Shown: positions 1 to 12,420 of the stretch, piece after piece
Layout: each line of letters starts with the position of its first letter
Position numbering within the stretch: the stretch's first letter is position 1
Assembly (NCBI GenBank): GCA_051294375.1
Contig: CM119265.1
Span: forward strand, 28,805,359 to 28,869,358
Origin: Paraspadella gotoi
Taxonomy: Eukaryota; Animalia; Chaetognatha
Direction: 5' to 3'
Length of the DNA stretch: 64,000 nucleotides
Made by a program: the position numbers and the translations under genes
The notes under the pieces: model-generated
What the model was told of the DNA's origin: nothing
Database searches by the model: none
Seen by the model: only the letters and a program-made list of their open reading frames with translations

Positions 1-3000
1 TTTTTTTAATCCTCTCCTCTCTATATTCTTCCTCTTTCCTCATTCTTTCTCTTTCTTCCTTCCTTTCTCCTTCCCTTTTTCTCTTCTCCCGTTCCTCCTT
101 TTCTCCCTTCCTCCTTTTTCTCTTCAACTGCCCTTTCCTCTTTTTCCTCGCATCCTCATTTCCTCCCTTTTCGCTCCTTCTTCACTACCTTTCCCCTCCC
201 CCCCCCCCCCCCACCCCACCCCCCCTCCCCTTTCCTCTTTTTCTCCTTCTCTATTCCTCTCTTCCTCCCCTTCCATCTTATTCTTTTACTCTCTTTTCTC
301 CTTCTCGTTCCCATTTCATACTTTTTCCCTCCCTTTCTTCTTCTTCCTCACTTTCCTCCTTCTTCCATTCTTTTCACCTTCTCTCCTCTGGCCTCTCATT
401 AGGATGGCGTCTGCCTTAGTTCTCGTTGCGCTCGAAAAAGTAGAAACTGACAACGATTTCGTCGGCAAGAAAAAAAAAGAAAAATCTTTTATTTCAGCCT
501 TCGCTGGTACGGTCAGTCACATCACTTGTGGTTCATTTTAATAATTTCATGCTTTAACAAAGCTTAAAATAATGTTTTTTTAGAATTTATATTTAATTGC
601 GATCATATGAAATAAATGAAATTTAAATTAATTATCTATTTTATTTTTGTAAAACATTTTGGTTAAACTTTTTTTTAATTATTTTTTTCTAATAATATAT
701 TAATTTTTTTCCAAATAATTTTTAAAGATTTTTCTATTTTTAAAATATTTTTTACTAATATTTCCTAATTAAAAAAAGAGTATTCTTTCCGCGTCGACTT
801 CACCCCTAAAAAACTAATGACGGTCGGGATGTTTATTTATTACTTCGTAATCTCAGAATTACGGCTCAACTTCTCTAGCTACTGGTTTATATGTTCCATA
901 TTTCTTATTGTCTGTAATGTTCACCAGAGTGCACACTGGTCTTGAGGACACGCAAGGGCACGCGTAATATATTATCAGCCTAAAGAAAGCGCATTTATTG
1001 GGTTTAGATTCGATGTTTCACGGCTTATACTGTTTGGTCGTTAGTGAGGGTGTGATTTGGGGCGAATGTGATCGGATTCTATTGTTTTTTTCTCGTCAAC
1101 GCCAACTTGTCGCTTTGGGAGGTTCGCTGAATATGAATGAGAGATAATATGATCTTCGTATTATTTCAAACGTTTTTGCGCGATGAGAGAGCACTAATTT
1201 TTTTGTACGAAGATAGATTAAGCGTCACAGTGTAATAAAGGTGTAATCTTTGTTTATTATAGCGTCGTCCGCTGAAGGAGATAAGAAAAAAAATTAAGGA
1301 TGAAAAAAAATTGAAATTAGTAGTGATTAGGGAAGATGGAAGGCGCAAAGAGAGGAATCTAGGTGGCGAACGATAGAAGAGCGAAATGAACGATGATAGT
1401 AAAGCGACGACCAAGAACGACAATGATGATGGATATTGGAGAAGAAATTTGCAATCCGGTAAGTCACAGTTAGTCGTAGCAAGCAGCCAATGACGAGAGA
1501 AGATCAAGATATAGGAGAGACAGAGGGTTCACACGTATCGGCGGAGAGGCCTGGAGTAGGCGACGTACTATTCACTTGAGGAAAGATGGGTATCTCGACT
1601 ACTAAATAACGGAGTTTCGACAGACTTCAGTGTGCGAGCTCGACCGAGGGAAAAAACGGTAAGTAGCCGGAGTGAACGTGATAGGAGTATCGAGGCTAGA
1701 ATCAAGAACGAGAATCTCAGATAGATAAAGTCATTAGAGCTGAATCAGAAGGTGTTCCACATTTATAGACATTGCTGCACGGAGCAGAAGGGAGGGAAGG
1801 TTTGCAGACCCACGACTCTCGCTAGAGCGCAAGCTCAAACTAGCTCTTGCACATGAGGTCGGTATAGTCCACGTCATCACTCTATTGTACTCATTCTTCT
1901 CGTTTGGACTTTTTCCGTGTGGATATATGAGCAGAGGAGTGTGACTCTTATGAGGGGTATGTGTAGCGTATGTCTAGATATGAGAGGGCGCGAAGAGAGC
2001 CGGGTGCTGACGCTATGATGACTTCTCTTGCCTTCTTACTCTGCTTGCGCGCTTCACGGGCTGATCGCTTCTCTCATTTCTTTGCGCTTCTCTCATTTCT
2101 TCTCTCCAACCTCTCCGCTTATCTCATTTTCACTTCTGCCATCTCTGCCCAAAACTTTATCTATCCTATCGCTTCTTTCAACTCCTATTCATTCTCTCTC
2201 CTTACTCCTGGCCTCTCATCTATATCTCTCCATCCAACTACCTATACCCTACTTTCCTGCGTCTTACCATCAACATACATCACGTACTTCATAGTATCAT
2301 TATGCTCTCCTCCCTCCCTCCTCTTTCTCCTCCCTTCCTCAACACCTCTTACTCATCCTTTCCGTCTGGATTCGTACACTCTTTAAAAACCACTCTCCAG
2401 AGGAGGGATAAGCGTTTTAACCCACGAGTGGAGTTTCAGTTAGGACAAGGCTTCTCGCTGTCACACGTACTTATTACCTGGGAAGATATTTTATTTTATA
2501 CTAACTTGGTTCCTACCTTCATTAAATACTACACATTCAAATTTCATCGAGCGAGGATAAGTATATCTAACATCCAATATGAATTAATTAGAGTATCTGT
2601 GAGATGCTCCGATAATAATAAATAAAGCTAAAACTTACCAAGAAATTTAGTCACATAATTTTCAACGAGATCTATAATGTTGTCATATATATATACCATT
2701 TTAGAGGACCATCTAGATTTACCACGGTGGCAAAGATGGAACTATTGGTTAAAATCAAAAGAAAATTATGAAAGCCACAGCCATACCTTATAACCATTTA
2801 ATGTGATTATCTTTTTTAGCTTACGTATCTCAGTTCAGATAAACTTTAAATTATGCGTCGCCCTCTATACTATCTTACTACTTGCGTCACTATTCACACA
2901 TGATGAGAAAACTGGCAAAGAGTGAGCTATATACATGGCCAGATAAGTGATGAACATGAAATAAGTGATTAAATCCTGGTAAAGAAGTGGCTATTTATAT

Positions 3001-4249
3001 AATGGCAAATAGATGTATAAACATGGCAACGAGGTGGCGACGACCAGGAGAGTATTCGTACGAAGCTAAATGCCACGTAGTCCGAGAGCGCTGTCGAGAC
3101 CGCACATCTTCTTCTCACCTCTCCATCGTCAGTTTCACTTCCGTGTGTTATCTACTCTTTCTGCTATAGATGCGGACGGATGAGAAGGCGATTTGATGAG
3201 CTAATATATACTCTCCGAGCCTTTCTAGAATGTACTAGGATAACTTTTACCTTCTACTATTTTTTATTCCTTTACTCCTCTCCAATTCTCTCTTACCTCT
3301 TGATTTTCTAATACGATCTCTCTCTCCTCGTGACCCTTTCGACATTCTTTACTCTCCTCGACTCTTCCACTCTTTAATACAATCTTCTTTCTCTCCTTTC
3401 CATCTCTCTCTCCCTGTCCCCCTTCCCTTACTTCGCTTCCCTTCCCTAATCCCTTTCGCACTTTTATCTCACATTCTTTACATTCTACTCACTACTTCGC
3501 TATCTCCATAATCAACCGGCTTATATACCACGCATTGTCTCCCAAGTGCCCACTTCACACCTTCTCCTCACACTTCCCTTCTCAGTTTATATCACTCCCA
3601 CTACTACGGTTATTTTGTTTACCTGTCCTTCCCCCTCTTGCCTCTCCTCCCCACTCTTAATCACCCTCTTCCTACACTCTTTCCTCACACTGGCTCCTTT
3701 GCTCCTCTCTCTCTCCAAGTCCCTCCCCTCTCTAACACTATGCCTTCACCCTCACCACCTTTGCATACACATTCTTGATTTTCCTCTCAGCGTTCTTCCA
3801 ACCTGTCACCCATCCACCTTCGTTCTCATCTCCCTCTCCCTCTCTCCTTCTCCTCTCCTTTCCTCTCGTCCCCTAATCCCCTTCCTCTCTTCCTCCCTCC
3901 GCTCCACTGCTCTCACCATACTTCTCATCATACATACTTCTCCACTGTCAATTTTCCAGTCAGCCTCCCCCTCCTTTCCCATTCCTCCCTTCCTCCCTCT
4001 CCCTTCCTCCCTCTCTCACCTCTTTTCTCCCTTCCCTTCCTGCTTCTCTCTTCCTCTCTCTCTTCCCGGAAGGAAGCTTTCAACCGAACGCTCGAATCTG
4101 CTAATGTTAAATGCCTGGAAAAATAGTTGTCCACGGCAGGCAGGACGCAAAGCGCGAGCCGCCGCCGCACGCCGCCGCCGGGGCGCCGCCGGGAGCCGCC
4201 GACGGCGAGCGTCACGCTGCGCGAGCACATGTCCACTCGACTCTTCCAA

Positions 4250-4560
4250 CATGTTTCTGGCATCTTGCTTCGTCATCTGTTCCGGCATCTGCTACGGCAC
4301 TGTTCCGGCATTTTCTGTAGCATCTTGCTCAGGAAATTTGCTCAGGCATTGTTCCGGCATCTGCATCCGGCATATGCTACAGGCTTCAATGCCTCCTGAT
4401 TTTGCTCAGGCCATCTGTTCCGGTATTTCTGTGGCTCTCTGCTCGACATCTTAGCTCTGTCGGGCTCTCTACAGCGTCCTTCTCCGGCATCTGATTTGCA
4501 TCTGTTTCCGGAATCTCCTACAAGCGTCTGCTGCGCGGATCTGCTCCGCCTAACCGGGAT
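4250..4560. repeat. Degenerate 12-bp minisatellite (consensus ~TGTTCCGGCATC)
   Basis: Recurrent TCCGGCAT / CATCTG / GCTCAGG units, e.g. tctgttccggcatctgc and ttgttccggcatctgcatccggcat. Confidence 0.75.
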
Positions 4561-5503
4561 ATAACTTTATCGGCGCCGGAAGATCGAAAAAAATTTATGA
4601 TGATTTGAATATTGTTTAATTTTCATGTTTTGTATTATTTCTTTTTTTTATTGATTCATCATTAATTGCTTTTTTTTGTTTGATCGTTTATCGCTTTCTG
4701 ACTTGATATTTCTGTTTAATTGCTAGTTTACTATGTTTTTTGGGGGGATAGGTGAAAATTTTAGTTAAATGAATATATAAACCATAAACAATGTTTATAT
4801 CTATTCTATTTTCTTCTCCTTCTATCTCCTCCTCTCCCCTACTCCTCTTTGCTCCTCTCCTTTCCTCATGCCGCATTCTTCTCTTCTCTTCCTTCCTCAC
4901 TCCTCCTCTTCTCCTTCTTCTCTCCTCTCTCTTCTCTCCCTCAATCCTGAGTCAAAAGCGAAGATGAAACAAAGACAAACGTTAAATTGAGAGACGACCG
5001 ACGATGACGACGACGATGATGCGACGACGACGATGATGCGACAACGAACAAGACAAAGACGAAGAAGACGACAGACAAAAATCTCTCTCAGTTCTCTGAT
5101 TCCATCGTCTCTCTCTTCTCTCCGTCTCATCTCTCTCTCTCCTCTCTCTCTCTTCGTCCTCTCTCTCTCTCTCTCCCCCTAACTACTACTAAATGCACCC
5201 GTGACGGTCCACACTGTAATCGATCGGAAGGACGAAACTGGAATGAGAAACTGGCGCCTTCGTGCGTACGTCGTACGTCCTCGCCTCGATCGTCTTCATC
5301 TCATTGTCATCGGTCGTCTTTGTTTGTCGTTCATTTTCGTTCGTCGTCATTATCGTCATTAGTCGTTGTTGCTCTTCGTCGTCGTTCGCTCGTCGTCAGT
5401 CGTCGTCGTCGGCGATACCAAGTTTGATCTATATAGAGTTTCGTCGTCGCTCTTTCTCCGTCTCGCCTATATCTCTTCCTTCCTCCATTCTCTCTTCCTC
5501 TCT

Positions 5504-5540
<37 letters not shown>

Positions 5541-5851
5541 CTCTCTCTCTCTCCGACTTTCCTTCACTTCTATCCCTATCTTTCCTTTCTTCGTTAAATT
5601 TCCTCTTCTCTCTTCTTTCTTTCCTCCTTTTCTTATACAGTCTAATCTTTTTATTCCTCACTTTTCCTCTTCTCTTTCTTTTCCTTCTTTCCTCCTCCTC
5701 CTCCTCCTTTTCCTCCTCATTTTCTCCTTCTCTTCCTCCTCCTCCTCCTCCTCCTCCTTCTCCTCCTTACCATCAGAGGCACCTACCTCGTCGGCGTCGG
5801 CTGTCATAAATGGATGAGTCCCGAAGGAAGCGTTTTCCACTTTCCAATCAC

Positions 5852-5976
5852 GGCGCCAAGGAGTTCCACGCGCCTTTTGGTTTTTGGCGCCAAGGAGTTC
5901 CATGCGCCTTTTGGTTTTTGGCGCCAAGGAGTTCCACGCGCCTTTTGGTTTTGGGCGCCATGGAGTTCCAGGCGCC
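5852..5976. repeat. 34-bp minisatellite, ~3.7 copies
   Basis: GGCGCCAAGGAGTTCCACGCGCCTTTTGGTTTTT starting at 5852, 5886, 5920 and 5954, with a degenerate GGCGCC-rich tail to ~6160. Confidence 0.95.
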
Positions 5977-6628
5977 TTCTTGATTTTAGGGGCCTTAGGC
6001 CTCGGTCCTCGGCCCTAGGCTCTAGGCCCTAGGCGCCTCTCTGTTCCAGGAGTCTTTTGTTTTAGGCGCCTCCCCGTTATTAGTCCCCCTTTGGTTCTAG
6101 GCGCCTTTTTAGGCGATCGCGCCTGTTAGGCACCTGGCAGGCACCTGGCAGACACCTGGAAGTTCCGTGTATTCGTCGTTTGTACCTTTCCTGTGTGTTT
6201 ACGTTTGACTGTAACGATAGACAATGCAAACGATGGAAGTTGTAATTTGAATAATATCTAAATAAAAATTAGTATTTATTAATTGATTTGTTAAATGTAA
6301 ACGTCGTTAGCAATCTTTCCGTTAAAAAAGTTGCAACCGTCTTTCGCGATAAAGTTTCATACGGTAGCGATAACGACTCGGCTGTACTTTGCAATCTCCT
6401 TTCCAACCGCAGTGCCTAAGACACGGTTGTCTTTCATAATCCCATTTCAACCTTTAGCGCAGACAACTCGCCCTGACGCCACCTGTGGCAGAAAAAAGTC
6501 ATTTCCGGTTTTGGTTTTAATCTTCCGAAAAAAAAAGAGCATCTTTTTTGCCTGATGAGAAAAAAGTCTCGTAAGACGTCTTTATGGTTGGTTTCTGACA
6601 AGGGAAAAAAATTTTCTCTCTCTCCTTC

Positions 6629-6692
<64 letters not shown>

Positions 6693-7019
6693 TCTCTCTC
6701 TCTAAAACTAAAAACTTTTAATACAATATCTTTTTATAACCTTTGTTATTTTATTTTAAACTATCTCCTTTTATTTCCTTCTCTTTTAGTACTTTCTATT
6801 CTTTCTGTCCCTTGTTATCTCTTCTTCTTCATCCCTCCTACCCCTTTTCTTCCTACTCCCCTCCTCTTCCTCCTCCCCCTCTTCATCCCCCTCCTCTTCC
6901 TCCTCCTCCTCCTCCTTCCCCCTCTTCCTCTTCGCGCGTCTTTCCTCGTTGGTAAATTCATGCGTCATCATCCGCGAGGCGCCACGAGTCATATCCTCCG
7001 GAAAAAGTTGGAATAAGGC

Positions 7020-7620
7020 GGAGGGAGGAAAAGGAGGAAAGGAAAGAAAGACGAAATGGAGGAAAGGAAAGAAAGAAGAAAAGAGAGAGGAAAGGATAGA
7101 AAGACGAAATTGAGGAAAGGAAAGAAAGAGGGAAAAAGAGAGGGAGGAAAGGATAGAAAGAAGGAAAGAGAGAGGAAAGGATGGAAAGACGAAATTGAGG
7201 AAAGGAAAGAAAGAAGGAAAGAGAGAGAAAAGGGAAGAAAGACTAAATGGAGGAAAGGAAATAAAGAAGGAAAGAGAGAGGGAGGGGAAAAGGAAATAAA
7301 GACAAAATTGAGGAAAGGAAAGAAAAGATAGAAGGAAAGAGAGAGGGAGGAAAGGATAGAAAAACGGAATGGAGGAAAGGAAAGAAAGAAGGAAAGAGAT
7401 AGGGAGGAAAGGAAAAAAAGACGAAAGGGAAGAAAGAAAATAGAGAAGGAAAGAGAGAGGAAAGAATAGATAAAAGACGAAATGGAGGAAAGTAAAGAAA
7501 GAAGGAAAATGAAAGGGAGGAACGGAAATAAAAACGAAATGGAGAAAAGGAAAGAAAGAAGGAAAGACAAAGGAAGGAAAGGAAGAAAGAGGAAATTTAG
7601 GAAATAAATGAAGAAAGAAA
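7020..7620. repeat. Purine-rich degenerate minisatellite (~55-60 bp unit)
   Basis: Recurrent AAAGACGAAATGGAGGAAAGGAAAGAAAGAAGGAAAGAGAGAGG-like units. Confidence 0.75.
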
Positions 7621-7686
7621 AAGAAAGAACGAGATTTGTAAAGAGAGACTAAAACAGAAGCAGAAAGAAGCCACAGGTGATGAGGG

Positions 7687-7737
<51 letters not shown>

Positions 7738-8195
7738 GTCAAAAAGTATGATTCCCTTTTGGAGGAAAACGACGACGAGGGATTAAAGAAAGAAGAATAA
7801 AGGAAATTAAGAAATTGAGGAAGATGAGGACAAAGGAAGATGAGGACAAAGAAAGATGAGGACAAAGGAAGATAAAGACAAAAAAATAATGAGGAAATGA
7901 CAAGGAAGAAGTACGGAAATTGACAAATATGAGGATATAAAATGAATGAGAAGATTCGAACATAAGGACAAGACATAAAGACAATGATAATACAAAATAA
8001 GATAATTAGTTAGGTTAATTATTTAGGTCATGAAATAAGTAAGCAATAATTGATTTTAGGATTAGTTAATGATGGAGATACCAGGAGAGCGGAAGGAAAA
8101 AGTAAGAAATTATTCAAGAGAAAAAAAAACGAAGACTGAAAATTAATTATTTAATAAATTAATTAATCAAAGACAAATTTAGAATGAAACAAAAT

Positions 8196-8270
8196 AAGTA
8201 GGACAAGGACCGACCAGATACGGAGAAGTAGGACAAGGACAAACCAGATACGGAGAAGTAGGACAAGGAG
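8196..8270. repeat. 30-bp tandem repeat, 2.5 copies
   Basis: AAGTAGGACAAGGAC(CG/AA)ACCAGATACGGAG at 8196 and 8226, partial at 8256. Confidence 0.9.
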
Positions 8271-9009
8271 AACTTGGCGATGCTTGAGGGGACCTCCTTG
8301 ACAACAGGAAAGACCCAGAGTCCGACGACTAATAAATTATGTTGGACCCTTAAGGGTTCCTAGTTTTTTGAAGAGGGAAAAAGGCAGGAGGAGGAAGAGG
8401 AGGAGGAAGAGGAAAGGGGGTTTTAAGATGCAAAGGGTTGAGAGGAGAAATCTTAAGGTAAAGTCTTTTGGAAGGATTCATGGCAAAAGATAAGTTAATA
8501 TAAATGATATGGAAACTTGATAAAAGCTGAAAAGTGACCGGAATAATAAAGTCAAAACAGTTTTGGGAATTTGACCCAAAAAACAAGTGAGATGGGAGGA
8601 AAGTAAATGGCCTAAGTTTAAAAAAAGTAAATTGTAACTTCTTTTAATTTGTAAAATGTAAATATGTATTTTAACTTGTAATGTAAATGTAAATATGTCT
8701 TTGGTGGTCCAATACCTAATTACTATGCTTAGATAAAATTCTAATCTCTTACCCATTCTAATCTCTAAACTAATCCCATACCTAACCCATATTCCTAACC
8801 TCTAATCAAATCTTTAATTAAACAAAATTAAATTAACTCCGAATTCAAGATAAAATGGGGCGTTCTGGGAAAATAAGGCCAAACGTTTTTCCTTCACATC
8901 TTTGGCCGACGAGACCCAATTTCTCGGTTCACAAGTCAGAGGAAATTCTGGTCGACGAAGTCACAACCGATTTTTGTAAAGAAGAGAAAATGGGAGGAGA
9001 AGAAAGAAG

Positions 9010-10969
9010 AATTCTATAACATGAAATGGAACAGCAATAACCCTAATGCGCTAAACTAACGGCCGACCCAAGAATGTCCTTCTGTCACGGAGCGGGACTC
9101 GTAAACAGTAAAAATCCAATCGTTGAAGATTGTCTCGTAATCAGAGATAATCATTTGTGAAACGAGGTCCATATAAGTCGATGAGATGAGAGAGAGATTG
9201 AGAGAGAGAGAAGGAGAGAGAGGAAGAGAGAGAGAGAGAGAGTTTAAATCAGGAGGATGAGAAGGGAAATAAAAGTCTATTTTGAATTGGAAAGTGATGA
9301 ACACACTTATATGAGGATGAGAAGCATAGAATTGAGTGAGAACAGATAAGAGAAGAGAAGAAGAGAGACCGAAGAGAGGGATGATGATGATGATGAGACA
9401 CGACGGAAGAATGAAGGGGAGATGAGAGAGAGAAGTTTTAAAAGAGAGGGATGAGTAAGGAATAAAAGTCGATGTTTGAATATGAAAGTGATGAACACAT
9501 ATAAGAGGATGAGAGAGATAAGATGAGGAGAACAAAGAGAGAGATCGAGAGAGATACGGGCAGCCGAGAGAGAGAGAAGAGGAGATGCAGAGACTTAGAG
9601 AGACAGAAAAGGAACCATTGGAGATGAGAGTGATCTTTCTTGACCATGACAGACAATCGCGTCCTCTTCCCTTTTGAAACCAAAATTTCTATGTTTCTCC
9701 AGAAATGGCATCTTGGAGCCAGAAAGCGATGAGGGTGAGGAAGAGGGGGAGGAAGAGGAGGAACGAAGGAAGAAGGGCGAGAATTTCCGCGAGACAGGAG
9801 GAAGAGTTTAAGGAGAAAGGCAGAGGAAAGAAAAAAAGGAAGGAATACTGAGAGGGAGGCAAAGGAAAGGAGGGCAATGAGGAGGATAGATGAGGGAGGA
9901 GGAAAGATAACGTCGGATAGAAGGAATAGACGAAAGAAAGCAGAACATGTGACGCAGGAGGGAAGATAGACGGTCGAGGAAAAAGGGAGGAGAGATACAG
10001 GAGATAGAAGGTGAGAGATTGGGGGGAGGAAGAAGGATAAGAGATATGTGAAAGATAGGGAGTAGAGAGAGAGTGGAGGGAAGGAAAAGCAGAATGAGGA
10101 AAGGAGAGAGAAAAGGGAGGGAAAGGTTATAGGAGTACACTAACCCTCATGATAACACTTTTCTTGTTCTCTTTGTGTCTGATATCTATACGCCATCCGC
10201 ATCTCGCGCGATGCCGATCAACGACAGGCGATCGCACGGACATAAAAAAGCTGATGAGAGAGAGAGAGTATAGAAGAGAGAGATGAGAAGAGAGAGAGAG
10301 AGATGACGAGAGTACGTCTGAGAGAGAGAGAGAGAGAGTAATGGACTAATGTAGTGAATTCGAGAAGATTAGTTAGGATAAAGACATATAAATGCAATAA
10401 TGATATTATTATTAAAATACATGTATGAATCATATAAATACTTAGCCTCAAAACACGAAAAAATACCCCCCAGAAAAAAGCTTGACTTCATTATGGTTTT
10501 TATTTGAAATCATCTATTCTTCTTATTTATCTATCTCTTACTAGATTAAAGTAAATAGATTAATTTTATCAGATCTCATGACAATAAGATATGATTCTCA
10601 TCTTCTAATTTTATCATCTCATACTAACAATATTCCATTTCTCATTTCAAACTCCTCTACATTTTCCCACAAAAAAATGAACTCAGCTTTTTTCCCTCAG
10701 AAAACTCGAACTCACCATCATTAAAAAAACTTTCTTCACTCTTTTACCCGAGCGTCAAGCTTAGTGGCTAATTGACAATTGCCACCCAGTTCAATAAACT
10801 AGATCGTCGCCTCGTCTTATCTCTTTTCTCTGTCTTCCTCCTCTTCCTCGCTCACCTCCTCCTCCTCCTCAGGCTTATTTCCTTCTGCTGTCTGGGCGAG
10901 AACGATCTTGGAAAGGCTGGTGACTCATCTGCGTTCGGAAAAACAAGTCGCATCTCCACCATCTCTCTG

Positions 10970-11005
<36 letters not shown>

Positions 11006-11700
11006 CTCTCTTCTCTCTCTTCTTCTCTTCTCTCTCCTCTCTCTTTCTCCCTCTCTCTTCTCTCTAAGTCTTCCTTCCTTTTCGGTTTGTCGTTCGAACC
11101 TTTCTTTCTTCGTCGTCTCCTCTGTTCTGACTGGGCTGTCTTTTTCTCTCCTTCTCTCTCTCTCTCCCTTCCTCTCCCTCTTTTCTCTCCCTTTCTCTTT
11201 CTCTCTCCCTCTCTCTCTCTCCCTGTTCTCTCTCCATCTCTCTGTCCTCTTTCTCTTATAAACTCTCGACTCTCTCTGTTCGTCTTTTTCCTTTTTCTCC
11301 CTCTCTCCTCCTCTTATCCTCTCTGCTCTCCCTTCTCCCCTCCAACCCTTTCTCTCCTCTCCATTTTCAAAGCGTGAGCGTCGCATCTCGCCGGACGACT
11401 CAATAGTCAGGAGAGAGAGAAGATGAGAGAGAGAGATGAGAGAGAGAGAGAGAGTGGAAGAAAGAAGAGAGGACGAGAGAGAGGCAAAAAAGGCCAGTTC
11501 TGGGTAAGAAGAGAAGTAGAAAGGGAGAAGAGAGGAAGGAAAATAGGAAGGAGAGAAAGAGGAGAAGAGAAAGAAATAAAATTAGGAGAGAGGAAATGAA
11601 AGTGAAATATGGAAAACGATTAACAGGATCAAGACATAAGGGAAATAGCATAGACGGAGTGAGATAGAAAGTAGAAAACATTTAAAGAAAAAGAAGGTAA
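9010..11700 (-). repeat. Inverted, indel-rich copy of 12010-14490
   Basis: 9036-9170 is the reverse complement of ~14325-14467 (ccgtgacagaaggc...agggttattgc), 11378-11412 of ~12421-12457, and 11605-11700 of ~12010-12105. Confidence 0.9.
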
Positions 11701-11888
11701 AAGAAATAAGCATAAATAAAAAGGAAGAAGAAAAAAATAGAAAAGAAGAAATAATAAAAGAGAGAAATAGTAAAGAGAAGGAAAGAGACAAGAAAAGGAG
11801 AAAAAAAAGACGTCAATGGCCTCTCTCCCTCTCCTCTTTTCATTCGGCATTCTGCGTTGCTTAAGTCTCCTCTCTCTCTCTCTCTTCT

Positions 11889-11935
<47 letters not shown>

Positions 11936-12009
11936 TCTCTCTGCTCCTCTCTCTCTCTCGTTAACTGACGCACCGAAGTGTTGTNNNNNNNNNNNNNNNN
12001 NNNNNNNNN

Positions 12010-12228
12010 TTACCTTTCTTTTCTTTTAATGTTTTCTACTTTCCTATCTCACTCCGTCTATTGCTATTTTCCTTATGTCTTGATCCTGTTAATTCGTATT
12101 TCCTATTTTCCTTTCAATTTCCTCCTCTCCTAATTTTATTTCTTTCTCTTCTCCTCTTTTCTCTCCCTTCCTATTTTCCTTCCTCTCTTCCTCCCTTTCT
12201 ACTTCTCTTCTTCCCAAACTGGCCCTTT

Positions 12229-12262
<34 letters not shown>

Positions 12263-12387
12263 NNNNNNNNNNNNNNNNNNNNNNNNNNNNNNNNNNNNNN
12301 NNNNNNNNNNNNNNNNNNNNNNNNNNNNNNNNNNNNNNNNNNNNNNNNNNNNNNNNNNNNNNNNNNNNNNNNNNNNNNNNNNNNNNN

Positions 12388-12420
<33 letters not shown>

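Noticed and set aside
800-3500. Complex-looking sequence that might hide a gene or TE
   Set aside because: No motifs readable in any frame; the texture is consistent with noisy unpolished read sequence.
3546-4454. 302-aa ORF as a gene
   Set aside because: Made of a pyrimidine tract, a GCC tract and the 12-bp repeat, with no recognisable domain.
5852-5976. CRISPR-like 34-bp partially palindromic repeat
   Set aside because: Units are directly adjacent with no unique spacers, there are no cas genes, and the context is eukaryotic.
6786-7976. 396-aa hydrophobic ORF resembling a membrane protein
   Set aside because: Reverse complement of a purine-rich minisatellite.
8740-8815. Telomere-like (TTAGG/CCTAA) repeats
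   Set aside because: Only a few very degenerate CTAAC/CTAAT units; not an array.
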